This document shows positions 19,475 to 28,653 of a stretch of DNA of 64,000 nt, piece by piece. The notes beneath the pieces are model-generated. The model had not been told where the DNA came from. It did no database searches and saw nothing but the letters and a program-made list of their open reading frames with translations. Position 1 is the first letter of the stretch, and the number at the start of each line of letters is the position of its first letter. The translations under genes and the position numbers were made by a program. Source of the DNA: Deltaproteobacteria bacterium (GTDB lineage: Bacteria > Desulfobacterota > JAENJC01); contig JAUSKU010000033.1 in the NCBI GenBank assembly GCA_030646755.1, forward strand, positions 28-64,027, read 5' to 3'.

Positions 19475-20845
19475 ATGATGATTATTGACCCACAAAAAAT
19501 AACCTCCTTACTCTCAGGAGTCCCATTTAAGGTCGAAGTAGATCCAATCCTGGACAAGGCATTAGAGCTAAAGGGCCTCTCCCTTGAGGATGTTGCCTTA
19601 TTGCTGACCGTAGGGGCGTATGGCCATATACCCCTACAAAATAAGATAATAGAGACAGCGGGGCAGGTCAAGGAGGAGGTCTTCGGGAAGAGGATCGTTC
19701 TCTTCGCTCCTCTTTATCTGTCTAATGAATGTGTGAACAACTGTCTGTACTGCGGCTTCAGAGTGGAAAACAAAAAGGCTGTCAGAAAAACCCTCACGGT
19801 TGAAAATACAGTGAGAGAGGCAAAGGCCCTTGAGGCAAAGGGATACAAGAGGCTACTGCTGGTTGCTGCTGAAAATCCTGCAAGATCCAATGTGGATTAT
19901 ATCCTTGACGTTGTAAACGCTATTTATAAAAAAACAGGGATAAGAATCCTGCACCTTAATGCTGCGCCTATGTCTGTAAAGGATTTAAGGAGACTGAAGG
20001 AGGCAGGGATAGGTGTATTTCAGGTATTCCAGGAGACATATCACCCTGAGACTTATGAGAAGATGCATCCCTCGGGAAACAAAAGGGATTATGAATACAG
20101 GCTTTCAGTTATGGACAGTGCGATTGAGGCAGGCTTTGATGACCTGGGGATAGGGGCCCTTCTTGGCCTTTACGATTGGAGATTTGACGTCCTGGCGACC
20201 ATTTTCCACGCCCATTATCTAAAAGACAAGTATGGTATATGGCCCCACACCATATCTGTACCAAGATTGAGGCCTGCTTCCGGTTCTCAGCTTACAGAAA
20301 CTCCTTATCCTGTATCTGACGAGGAATTCAAGCTGATAGTAGCCGTGTATCGCTTGGCTGTCCCAACTGCGGGTGTTGTGGTATCCACAAGGGAGAGTGT
20401 GGAACTAAGACGAGAAGTCCTGGCCACAGGAGCGTCCCAGATAAGTGCAGGCTCCAAGACTGAGCCGGGCGGATATAAAGAGGATGAAGAACATTACGAG
20501 GCCGCCCAGTTCGGCATTGATGATAAGAGGACGCTGGATGAGGTTATTGAGGATGTGGCGAGGCTTGGATACATGCCGTCCCTCTGCACATCATGCTACA
20601 GGGCGGGACGGACAGGTGAAACATTCCATGAAATGGCTTTCTCTGGTAATATAAAAGATTACTGTTCTGCCAATGCGGTTCTTACCCTCAAGGAGTATAT
20701 CCTTGATTCGGCCAATGCCTCCAAATATGCCTGTGAAGAGGCGATAAAGAAGGAGCTTGGAGGTATGAGCGACAAAAACCTCAAATTCGGTGTTGAGGAA
20801 AGGCTTTTAAGGATAGAGGCGGGAGAGCGAGATATTTACTACTAA
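19475..20845 (+). CDS. HydG-type radical SAM tyrosine lyase occupying the ThiH position
   Basis: FAPLYLSNECVNNCLYC, FQETY, PHTISVPR, C-terminal CTSC-X22-C, ending GERDIYY; start moved to ATG 19475 after the terminator. Confidence 0.85.
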   Translation: MMIIDPQKITSLLSGVPFKVEVDPILDKALELKGLSLEDVALLLTVGAYGHIPLQNKIIETAGQVKEEVFGKRIVLFAPLYLSNECVNNCLYCGFRVENKKAVRKTLTVENTVREAKALEAKGYKRLLLVAAENPARSNVDYILDVVNAIYKKTGIRILHLNAAPMSVKDLRRLKEAGIGVFQVFQETYHPETYEKMHPSGNKRDYEYRLSVMDSAIEAGFDDLGIGALLGLYDWRFDVLATIFHAHYLKDKYGIWPHTISVPRLRPASGSQLTETPYPVSDEEFKLIVAVYRLAVPTAGVVVSTRESVELRREVLATGASQISAGSKTEPGGYKEDEEHYEAAQFGIDDKRTLDEVIEDVARLGYMPSLCTSCYRAGRTGETFHEMAFSGNIKDYCSANAVLTLKEYILDSANASKYACEEAIKKELGGMSDKNLKFGVEERLLRIEAGERDIYY

Positions 20846-20869
20846 GGGATGAAGGATGAGGGTTGAGGG

Positions 20870-21853
20870 ATGAAGATGGTGGTAAATGGTGAGGAGAAAG
20901 AGATTCCCGACGGATTGACAGTGGAGGGACTTCTTAATCAGCTAAATATCGGCAAGGAAAGGGTGGCTGTGGAGCTTAATTTAGATATAGTGCCGAAGGG
21001 AAGATTTGGTGATACGATCTTAAAAGACGGGGACAGGATAGAGATTGTCAGTTTTGTTGGAGGAGGCTCAGATATGTTAAATGATAAGTTAATAATTGCA
21101 GGACGTGAATATGCTTCACGTCTCCTGGTAGGTACAGGAAAATACAAGGACTTTGAAGAGACTAAGAGGGCCATAGAGGCAAGCGGGGCCGAGATCGTTA
21201 CTGTTGCTGTCAGGAGAGTCAATATCACTAAAAAGGACGAGCCTAACCTCCTTGATTACATAGACCCGAAGAAATATACGATACTTCCCAATACGGCAGG
21301 GTGCTATACGGCAGAGGATGCCATCCGTACATGCAGGCTGGCAAGGGAAGGGGGAGGCTGGGATATGGTGAAGCTTGAGGTGCTGGGAGACCAGAAGACT
21401 TTATTTCCCGACATCCCTGCAACCCTTGAGGCGGCTAAGGTCCTTGTTAAGGAAGGTTTTATTGTCATGGCCTATACCAATGACGACCCAATAACTGCCA
21501 AGAGGCTTGAAGAGATGGGGTGTGCCTCTGTGATGCCCCTTGGTGCACCAATAGGGAGCGGTCTTGGGATAAGGAACCCGTACAATATAATGATAATCCT
21601 TGAGAACGCCAAGGTCCCCATACTTGTTGATGCAGGCGTGGGAACCGCATCCGATGCGGCCATTGCAATGGAGTTGGGATGCGATGGCGTGCTCATGAAC
21701 ACTGGGATAGCAGGGGCAAAGAACCCGGTACTCATGGCCTCCGCCATGAAAAAGGCTGTAGAGGCTGGACGTGAGGCCTTCCTTGCCGGAAGGATTCCTA
21801 AGAAACTTTACGCTACGGCTTCGAGCCCAATAGAGGGAGTAATTGGAACTTAA
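20870..21853 (+). CDS. thiG: ThiS-ThiG fusion (sulfur carrier plus thiazole synthase)
   Basis: N-terminal VNGE...[10 protein letters not shown], then [26 protein letters not shown]. Confidence 0.93.
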   Translation: MKMVVNGEEKEIPDGLTVEGLLNQLNIGKERVAVELNLDIVPKGRFGDTILKDGDRIEIVSFVGGGSDMLNDKLIIAGREYASRLLVGTGKYKDFEETKRAIEASGAEIVTVAVRRVNITKKDEPNLLDYIDPKKYTILPNTAGCYTAEDAIRTCRLAREGGGWDMVKLEVLGDQKTLFPDIPATLEAAKVLVKEGFIVMAYTNDDPITAKRLEEMGCASVMPLGAPIGSGLGIRNPYNIMIILENAKVPILVDAGVGTASDAAIAMELGCDGVLMNTGIAGAKNPVLMASAMKKAVEAGREAFLAGRIPKKLYATASSPIEGVIGT

Positions 21854-22496
21854 TCGATTATACTTGATTACCGACAGGAGTAAGACCCTTAGCCGTCCAC
21901 TTGAAGATGTCGTCAAGGCTGCCCTTGAGGGCGGCGTCAGGTTTGTTCAGTTGAGAGAAAAGGATTTAAGCGGAAGGGAGCTTTTCAATCTTGCCAGGGA
22001 ACTTAGAGAACTGACAAACAGATACAATGCAAAGCTCCTTATTAACGACCGTGTTGATATAGCCGTAGCTGTAGGCGCTGATGGCGTACATCTGGGGCGT
22101 CAGAGTGTGTCGGTTCAGGATGCGAGAAGGGCCTTTGAATCTTCATCCTTTAGTGTTGGTGTTTCCACCCACTCATTAGAAGAAGCACTACAGGCTGAAT
22201 CCGAGGGTGCAGACTTCATCACCTTCAGTCCTGTCTATTTTACTCCTTCCAAGGCCGCTTACGATCAACCTGTAGGGATTGATAAATTGAAGGAAGTGGC
22301 GAAGGCGGTAAATATACCTATATTTGCACTTGGCGGGATAACTATAGCTAATACAGAAGATATTATGAAGGCAGGCGTATATGGTGTTGCCATGATTTCA
22401 GCCATAATGGCGTCAAATGACGTAAAAAAAGCCGTAGAAGAGTTAATCATGAAAATTGCTGAACATCGGCCACTGGCCACTGACAACCGATTATGA
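21843..22496 (+). CDS. thiE: Thiamine-phosphate synthase
   Basis: LYLITD, VQLREK, INDRVD, ADGVHLG, STHS, ALGGI. Confidence 0.93.
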   Translation: MELNRLYLITDRSKTLSRPLEDVVKAALEGGVRFVQLREKDLSGRELFNLARELRELTNRYNAKLLINDRVDIAVAVGADGVHLGRQSVSVQDARRAFESSSFSVGVSTHSLEEALQAESEGADFITFSPVYFTPSKAAYDQPVGIDKLKEVAKAVNIPIFALGGITIANTEDIMKAGVYGVAMISAIMASNDVKKAVEELIMKIAEHRPLATDNRL

Positions 22497-22936
22497 ACAC
22501 AAAGGCCCACACAATAGCATCTGTTGCCCTGGCAACAGGCATCTATGCAACTACTTCATCGGTAGCAATGGCTTCTTCTGCCCTGATTGTCGGCATTTTC
22601 CTTGACTTAGACCACATAATCGATTTCTTTATATTTTCAGGGGAGCATTTTTCCATAAAAGGTTTCACATCCTGGTGCTATGAGGGGCGATGGAACAAGC
22701 TTATCCTGATGTTTCATTCCTATGAGTTATTCGTCCTCTACAGTTTTATGGTCTATAAATACCCGAACCCCATCCTTATAGGAATCTTATGCGGCATGGG
22801 GCTGCACCTTATTCTCGACCAGACCGGCAACCGCCACCTGATCAAGGCCTTCACCATCTCCAAGTGGTTCTACTTCTTTACGTTCAGGGCATGGGGAGGT
22901 TTTCATAAGGACTGGCTGAGTACGCCAAAGATATAA
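22493..22936 (+). CDS. Membrane protein, possible metal-dependent hydrolase (YdjM-like)
   Basis: H..., DLDH, FHSYE, GLHLILD motifs; ATGA overlap with thiE. Confidence 0.6.
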   Translation: MNTKAHTIASVALATGIYATTSSVAMASSALIVGIFLDLDHIIDFFIFSGEHFSIKGFTSWCYEGRWNKLILMFHSYELFVLYSFMVYKYPNPILIGILCGMGLHLILDQTGNRHLIKAFTISKWFYFFTFRAWGGFHKDWLSTPKI

Positions 22937-22986
22937 GGGCGAGGCGTTGCCTCGCCCAAAGGGGCAACCCGGCGGGTTGCCCCTAC
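22935..22986. repeat. Paired REP-like palindromes
   Basis: GGGCGAGGCGTTGCCTCGCCC and AGGGGCAACCCGGCGGGTTGCCCCTAC. Confidence 0.7.
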
Positions 22987-23053
22987 AACGGTTTGCTGTG
23001 AAGTTGGGGGGGGGGGGAACTACCCCCCAGAGCAAACCTTGAAAGGAGGAAAG

Positions 23054-24076
23054 ATGGGTATTTTATTGGCCCTCATTGCGGTTCTCCTGTTCCCGTTGAC
23101 CTCCCCTGCGGAGGTGAACTGGGATACGGTCAGCGCAAAGAAGGTCCCCTTGTTCTACCCGGGGATGACATCATGGGAATTCCTTACGGGATCAGAGCAT
23201 GCATCTGGCGCCAATGCTGTATCAGGACTGGAAAAGTCATGCCAGGACTGCCACGTCAAGGGAGACAGGGTTGATATCTTTGCAGATGACATAATGAAGG
23301 GGAAACTAAGGAGAAAAAGCAGGGAGATACCTTTTGAGCCTGAACCACCTCAAGGGATAACGCCTTTTATTACCTTGGAACTGCAGGCAGCCTATGACGC
23401 CACAGATTTTTATCTGAGGCTAAAGTGGCCTTCGCCTAAAGGGGTGAGTTTTAAAAATCCTGCCGATGTCTCCAGGGGATTTTATGACAGGGTCGCTGTC
23501 CAGTTGAACGGGAACCTCAGGTCGTTCAGCAGGGCCGGGTGTTTCATGTCCTGCCATGACGATGTCTCATATATGCCGGATGCCCCTTCGGAAGAGGAGG
23601 TCATGGCAAACCCTTTCTATGCCAAACAGAGGAGAAAGGATGTCAGGCTATATGCGTATGTTACAAGGAACAGGGGATGGTCTGACCTTAAGTCTGAAAA
23701 GGAGATGGATAAATACCTTAAGGCTGGTGCCATAATAGACCTCTGGATTGCCGGCTTCAGGGGGCCGGAGGTTATTAGTTCCGATGAGTCGATATTTTAT
23801 GACAGGATCAGGGATTCTACAAAGGACATCAAGGTAGAAGGAACTTGGCAGGAAGGGTTCTATACAGTCACAATAAAACGGAAACTTACGACCCTGGACC
23901 CAATGGATATACAGATGCAGGAAGGAAAGACCTTTACTGCCGGGATCGCGGTTTACGACCAGAAGAATGGCTACAGGAAACACCATGTTTCCTTCCCCCT
24001 GAGCATAGCCATCGGCGGCGGTAAGGCCGATCTAACAGCCTTGAAGATAATTGAGGGAAAGCAGCAGGTTAAATAA
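23054..24076 (+). CDS. Secreted c-type cytochrome with an ethylbenzene-dehydrogenase-gamma/DOMON-like domain
   Basis: Signal peptide; LFYPG..SWEF, CQDCH, CFMSCH, QAAYD...YLRLKW, HHVSFP. Confidence 0.7.
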   Translation: MGILLALIAVLLFPLTSPAEVNWDTVSAKKVPLFYPGMTSWEFLTGSEHASGANAVSGLEKSCQDCHVKGDRVDIFADDIMKGKLRRKSREIPFEPEPPQGITPFITLELQAAYDATDFYLRLKWPSPKGVSFKNPADVSRGFYDRVAVQLNGNLRSFSRAGCFMSCHDDVSYMPDAPSEEEVMANPFYAKQRRKDVRLYAYVTRNRGWSDLKSEKEMDKYLKAGAIIDLWIAGFRGPEVISSDESIFYDRIRDSTKDIKVEGTWQEGFYTVTIKRKLTTLDPMDIQMQEGKTFTAGIAVYDQKNGYRKHHVSFPLSIAIGGGKADLTALKIIEGKQQVK

Positions 24077-24287
24077 CTCCCTGGGGACGGTTCTAAATTT
24101 CATTAATCATTGTGAATAGTTATTACCTATTTTCTCTGCTTTGTTCTTTTGGGCCTTCTTGGAATATATGGACATCCCAATAAACACCTTCCTTTCCGAT
24201 GGGTTCAGCCCACCCTACTGCTGAGAAGCCCGCTTTTGGCCCAAAATAAAAGCCTGCAATGAATAGAGGTATATATTGCAATGCGTC

Positions 24288-26519
24288 CTACAGTGTCATC
24301 TTCCAGCAGTTGTGTATCCTTGGATTTCGCTCGAAATCTTTTGGAATGGTCTTCTGTGTGATATCTTCGATCTTGAGGCCTGATAAAGAATCAATATCCA
24401 TCTTGAACTTCCTGTTGTTGTTTGAAAAGATCAATATTCCGTCGCGGTTCAGCAGTTTCACTGCCATTTTCAGCAGCTCTACGTGGTCCCTCTGGACATC
24501 GAATATCCCATCCATCCGCTTTGAGTTGGAGAATGTCGGGGGGTCAAGAAATATGAGGTCAAACTGCCTCTTTTCCAAGGCGAGCCATTCCAGGCAGTCT
24601 GCCTGCACAAACTCTTGGTTGGGGCCTGTGAAACCGTTCAGGGCGAGGTTCTTTCTTGCCCATTCAATATATGTCTTCGACATATCCACAGTTGTTGTAG
24701 AGACTGCTCCACCCTTTGCGGCATGCACAGTGACGGTTCCTGTGTAACCAAACAGATTCAGAAACCTTTTCCCCTTTGCCATCTCCTGTAACATGAAGCG
24801 GGTCGGGCGGTGGTCGAGGAATAGTCCTGTATCAAGGTAATCGGTGAAGTTTACGAGGAAGGTGCAGTTCCCTTCCCGCACTTGGTGAAATCTGCGCTGG
24901 TCATCGAACTTCGGATATTGAGATGTACCCTTCTGGCGTTTTCTGACCTTGAGGAATATCCGCTCTGCCGGGATTTGAAGGACGCCGGGGAGGACTGCCA
25001 TCACCTCTTTCAGCCGCATATCAGCCTTGGCCTGGTCAATGCTCTTTGGTGCCTCGTATTCCTGAATATGTGCCCACTTCTCGTATATGTCAATGGCCAC
25101 TGAGTATTCCGGCATGTCAGCATCATAGAGCCTGTAGCATGATATGCCGTTTTTCTCCGCCCAGGTACCAAGGCTCTTCAAATTCTTGCGAAGCCGGTTT
25201 GCAAACATCTCGGCGCCGGGGGTTAAGCTAATGTATCTCCCCTCCACTTGCGGGAGGGGATTGAGGGGAGGGGGAACACGTTGATACGGCTCACCCCCAC
25301 CCTGGCCCTCCCCCGTCAAGGGGGAGGGGAGATTATCTCTATAAAACCACCGCGGTTCAATGTCATAGTGCAGGAGTTTGCATTCTATAGCGCCATTATA
25401 CAGGGTACGTACCCTTCGAGGTCTCAACCTGAGCTCCTTACCCAATCCGGGCGTCCCGGTAAACACAGCCCCTTTCCAGCCTACAAAGCTCCTCTTTATC
25501 TGATCCCCTATCTCAAGATAGAGGCCTTTAAGTTCGTCCTCACTGCCGAGGCGCTCCCCGTAAGGGGGATTGACTATCACAAGACCGTGTGAACCAAGGC
25601 CTTTGATCTCTCCTATTGATGAGACCTCTCGTTGTTCGAATTTTATCTTTCCTTCAAGCCCGGCCCTTTTTGCATTCCCGCTGGATGCCTTTATGGCCAA
25701 CGGATCTCTGTCAAATCCGAAAATGTCTGGAAGTCTCGAAAGACCGGCCTTTTGCCTTTCTTCAGCCTCTTTTATAAGCGATTCCCATATAGTCTGATCA
25801 TGCCCCTTCCATCCAATGAAGCCAAAGTAGGTACGCATCAATCCCGGCGCAATATCTGCTGATATCATCGCTGCTTCAATAGGCAGCGTCCCTGAGCCGC
25901 ACATGAGGTCAACAAGTGCGCCGCCCTCTTTTGCTACTGAGGGCCACTTGGAATAAAGCAATATGGCTGCCGCAAGGTTTTCCTTTAGTGGAGCCTCTAC
26001 CCCTTCCTCCCTGTACCCGCGGCGGTGTAAGCTCTCTCCGGCAAGATCAATGCTTATGGTTGCCATGTCTCTCTGTATATGAGCGTTTACGCACAGGTCG
26101 GGCCGTGACAAACTGACTGAAGGGCGCACATCGAAGGTATCTCGAAACTGGTCTACAATGGCGTCCTTGACCTTAAGGGCCGCATAATGGGAATGGGTAA
26201 TTTTGGACGCCGAGACATTGCATGACACCCTTAGAGTCCCTTCCGGGGACAGATGCTCTTCCCATGGGATTAAGCGAACGTTGTCATACAGCTCTTCAGG
26301 GGTTGACGCCGGAAAGGTTGAGAGAGGCAGATATATCCGGCTGGCTATACGAGACCACAGGCAGGCCCTGTATGCGACCTCAAGGGTACCGTAGAAGGAG
26401 ACGCCTGAAACTGTTTCAGTCGCCTTCTCAGCTCCGAGGTCGCGTAGCTCGTTGGCCAAGAGAGGTTCAAGCCCTTTGGGCGTAGTTGCGAAAAAGTTCA
26501 AACAGGAATCAGATGGCAT
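24288..26519 (-). CDS. rlmL: Bifunctional 23S rRNA methyltransferase RlmKL
   Basis: THUMP domain, LHRRGYR, APLKENLAA, NPPYGER, then FANRLRKN, DYLDTGLFLDHR, DPPTFSNSK. Confidence 0.95.
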   Translation of the reverse strand: MPSDSCLNFFATTPKGLEPLLANELRDLGAEKATETVSGVSFYGTLEVAYRACLWSRIASRIYLPLSTFPASTPEELYDNVRLIPWEEHLSPEGTLRVSCNVSASKITHSHYAALKVKDAIVDQFRDTFDVRPSVSLSRPDLCVNAHIQRDMATISIDLAGESLHRRGYREEGVEAPLKENLAAAILLYSKWPSVAKEGGALVDLMCGSGTLPIEAAMISADIAPGLMRTYFGFIGWKGHDQTIWESLIKEAEERQKAGLSRLPDIFGFDRDPLAIKASSGNAKRAGLEGKIKFEQREVSSIGEIKGLGSHGLVIVNPPYGERLGSEDELKGLYLEIGDQIKRSFVGWKGAVFTGTPGLGKELRLRPRRVRTLYNGAIECKLLHYDIEPRWFYRDNLPSPLTGEGQGGGEPYQRVPPPLNPLPQVEGRYISLTPGAEMFANRLRKNLKSLGTWAEKNGISCYRLYDADMPEYSVAIDIYEKWAHIQEYEAPKSIDQAKADMRLKEVMAVLPGVLQIPAERIFLKVRKRQKGTSQYPKFDDQRRFHQVREGNCTFLVNFTDYLDTGLFLDHRPTRFMLQEMAKGKRFLNLFGYTGTVTVHAAKGGAVSTTTVDMSKTYIEWARKNLALNGFTGPNQEFVQADCLEWLALEKRQFDLIFLDPPTFSNSKRMDGIFDVQRDHVELLKMAVKLLNRDGILIFSNNNRKFKMDIDSLSGLKIEDITQKTIPKDFERNPRIHNCWKMTL

Positions 26520-26586
26520 GGGTCTATCTTATCCCAAAAGTCATGGGAAATAAAGAGGTTATGGGGCTGTTGAAAAACAGCTATAG

Positions 26587-26624
26587 GGTCATTGCGAGAA
26601 GCATTTTTTGCGACGAAGCAATCT
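26587..26624. repeat. GTCATTGCGAG...GAAGCAATCT palindromic repeat
   Basis: Imperfect hairpin ATTGC...GCAAT of a widespread intergenic repeat type. Confidence 0.55.
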
Positions 26625-26711
26625 ATAGCTCATTGACTAATATGCCAAATGGTATATGAGTCACTAAAAAAGAGTAATTAAACCGAAGAGATAAGTCAAC
26701 AAGTTTTTTAA

Positions 26712-26827
26712 TTGACAACCCATTTATTGCCGTGATATTGTTTAAAAAGTTTGTAAATAAATCACTTTCTAACTGACTAACATCCTTTTTGGCAGGATAG
26801 AAAGGTCTATCTAATAACTGGTTAGAT
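26712..26827 (+). promoter_or_regulatory. Putative Pc-like promoter and attI-like site at the head of the cassette array
   Basis: TTGACA(26712)-N18-TATTGT with a TG extension; CTATCTAATAACTG|GTTAGAT core at 26821 with no attC hairpin before it. Confidence 0.55.
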
Positions 26828-27001
26828 TCCGGTCGGGAAAACCTCAATTCGCTGTAACGTGCGACGCATCGTCCAGCCGGTAAGGGCGCACCAATCAGCG
26901 ACCGCGCTTTCAATGCTGTCGCGAATTTCTTCCGCCTCATTGCTATTGCCAACCTTTAAAGAGCACTCGCAAAGCAATCCGATTGCTCCGGCATATGCCA
27001 T
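26822..27001 (-). CDS. Small reverse-oriented ORF in cassette 1 (may start at 27091, inside attC)
   Basis: MAYAGAIGLLCEC...FPTGI; stop codon coincides with the core site on the minus strand. Confidence 0.4.
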   Translation of the reverse strand: MAYAGAIGLLCECSLKVGNSNEAEEIRDSIESAVADWCALTGWTMRRTLQRIEVFPTGI

Positions 27002-27022
27002 ACGCACGCTGGGCGGGACAGC

Positions 27023-27154
27023 ATCTAACAACTGCGTCGAGTCCGACACGCCTGGCGTTGCGGCGGCCTGTGTTTCAGTGGCTTCGGGCATGGCTTCAGT
27101 TCTCCGTGTTCATTAGTTTCGTTTTCGGCGTGCGGCTCACGCAGGGCGTTATGC
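27023..27154 (+). mobile_element. attC1 (132 bp)
   Basis: ATCTAAC..TGCGTCGAGTCCGACACGCC ... GGCGTGCGGCTCACGCA..GTTATGC. Confidence 0.85.
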
Positions 27155-27171
27155 ATAGGAGGACATCGCAC

Positions 27172-27594
27172 ATGGTATTTATTAGAAATATTATTTTAGT
27201 AATTGTTGTGGTATTGGCTTCTTCTGTTGCATATGCTGGTGATGACTATAAGTGTCAAATAAATAGGCTCTCCCTTGCTGACGGTGATTCTGGAAATGTT
27301 TACAATATGTATGTGAAAAATTACGTCGGAAAAGAATTCACTGTAGAACGTAGCTCTGGATTAATGGCTGGTGCGCTGAGAAACTCATATGTCACTAAAC
27401 CACAAGTCATCGATAGGGGTTCGAAACTGAAAAATTCCTACAAAGTTATCACTACAATGAAGATAGAAGAAGGTGCAGGTGTTGGATCAAATATTTATGT
27501 GTTAAATATATTGGAGTATGTTGAGAGACCTAATAAGCCATTTGTATTCATGGAAAATGAGGTGGTCTATTTTGGTTCTTGCGTACATTATTAA
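27172..27594 (+). CDS. Secreted hypothetical protein (cassette 2)
   Basis: AGGAGG RBS; signal peptide ending AYA; two Cys residues near the termini. Confidence 0.75.
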   Translation: MVFIRNIILVIVVVLASSVAYAGDDYKCQINRLSLADGDSGNVYNMYVKNYVGKEFTVERSSGLMAGALRNSYVTKPQVIDRGSKLKNSYKVITTMKIEEGAGVGSNIYVLNILEYVERPNKPFVFMENEVVYFGSCVHY

Positions 27595-27668
27595 CATCGA
27601 CATAATAATTTCTTATTACTGGAGGAACACTTTTAGCAGGCAGAAATTATTTAAAAAACAAGAAGAAT

Positions 27669-27802
27669 GCATAACAAGTCATTGGAGTTGAACGAGTGCC
27701 ACAGGACGCTTTTCGAGGTAGCATTGTTATGAGACATGCAAATCGGTTTGGAGGCATGTTGTTATCTTGCAGTGGCACTCGTCACTCAATTCTACGTTAA
27801 GT
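27669..27802 (+). mobile_element. attC2 (134 bp)
   Basis: GCATAAC..GAACGAGTGCCAC ... GTGGCACTCGTCACTCAAT..GTTAAGT. Confidence 0.9.
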
Positions 27803-27828
27803 TGCTAAAATATGATATGGAGGACAAA

Positions 27829-28254
27829 ATGAAGAAGAGAATTATCATCATAATTTCCATCTTGTTACTTTGTTCGAGCATTGCTTTTGCTGGGGAAGTC
27901 ATTACTGCCCGAGAAGTTCAAAGTTGTTTTTATGCAGACGGGAAAATGAAATGCTCCGACGGTGAGTACAAAAATACATATTATCGAGATGGGGACAAAA
28001 TTGTAAGAACAACTGTCTTTAATTTGAAAAAAAAGGAATCCTTGTCGGACGAGACTGTATATAAGGTTATCGGTGAATTATCTTCAGATCCTCGAAACAA
28101 TTCCGGCGGTTTATTCCCACAAGTGACAAGAGCAATTGGTTTCCCTGGGGCAGATGCTGTTGAAATAATTTCGATTGATAAAAATTATATCCAGGCAGTA
28201 AAGTCAACATCGAATTATTTCGTCATAAGTAGATTTAAAATTGAGAAAGAATAA
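27829..28254 (+). CDS. Secreted hypothetical protein (cassette 3)
   Basis: GGAGG RBS; MKKRIIII..AFA signal peptide. Confidence 0.75.
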   Translation: MKKRIIIIISILLLCSSIAFAGEVITAREVQSCFYADGKMKCSDGEYKNTYYRDGDKIVRTTVFNLKKKESLSDETVYKVIGELSSDPRNNSGGLFPQVTRAIGFPGADAVEIISIDKNYIQAVKSTSNYFVISRFKIEKE

Positions 28255-28262
28255 AAATCTCA

Positions 28263-28356
28263 ACCTAACAAGGCGCTCAAGAGGGACGCGGGATTAGTCG
28301 ATTTTATTTTCAGTTCCAGCGTCAGTGGCCCGCGCCCCTTAGCTTGAGCGTTAGGC
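28263..28356 (+). mobile_element. attC3 (94 bp)
   Basis: ACCTAAC..GCTCAAGAGGGACGCGGG ... CCCGCGCCCCTTAGC..GTTAGGC. Confidence 0.9.
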
Positions 28357-28653
28357 ATTAAAAGCAATAATCATCGGCTGGACTCGACCCCCGAGTCGAA
28401 CCCGATACCTCAGACCGAGAAAGGAGTTAGTATTATGACATTAAGAAAATTCCAAAATTCTCATCTGTTGTATCGTGTTTTAAGAGCTATGGGCTCAACC
28501 CTCGCTCGAATTTATAGTCTTTGTTTCGGAATTAAGTTCAGCGGTATTGGAGTTTCTCTAATCCCTGGAATTATTACATGTAACATCAGCTTTCGGGCTG
28601 GGGGGTCGGGTCGAACTGATTATTTGAACTCATATTGAAGGAGGAGATTAAAG

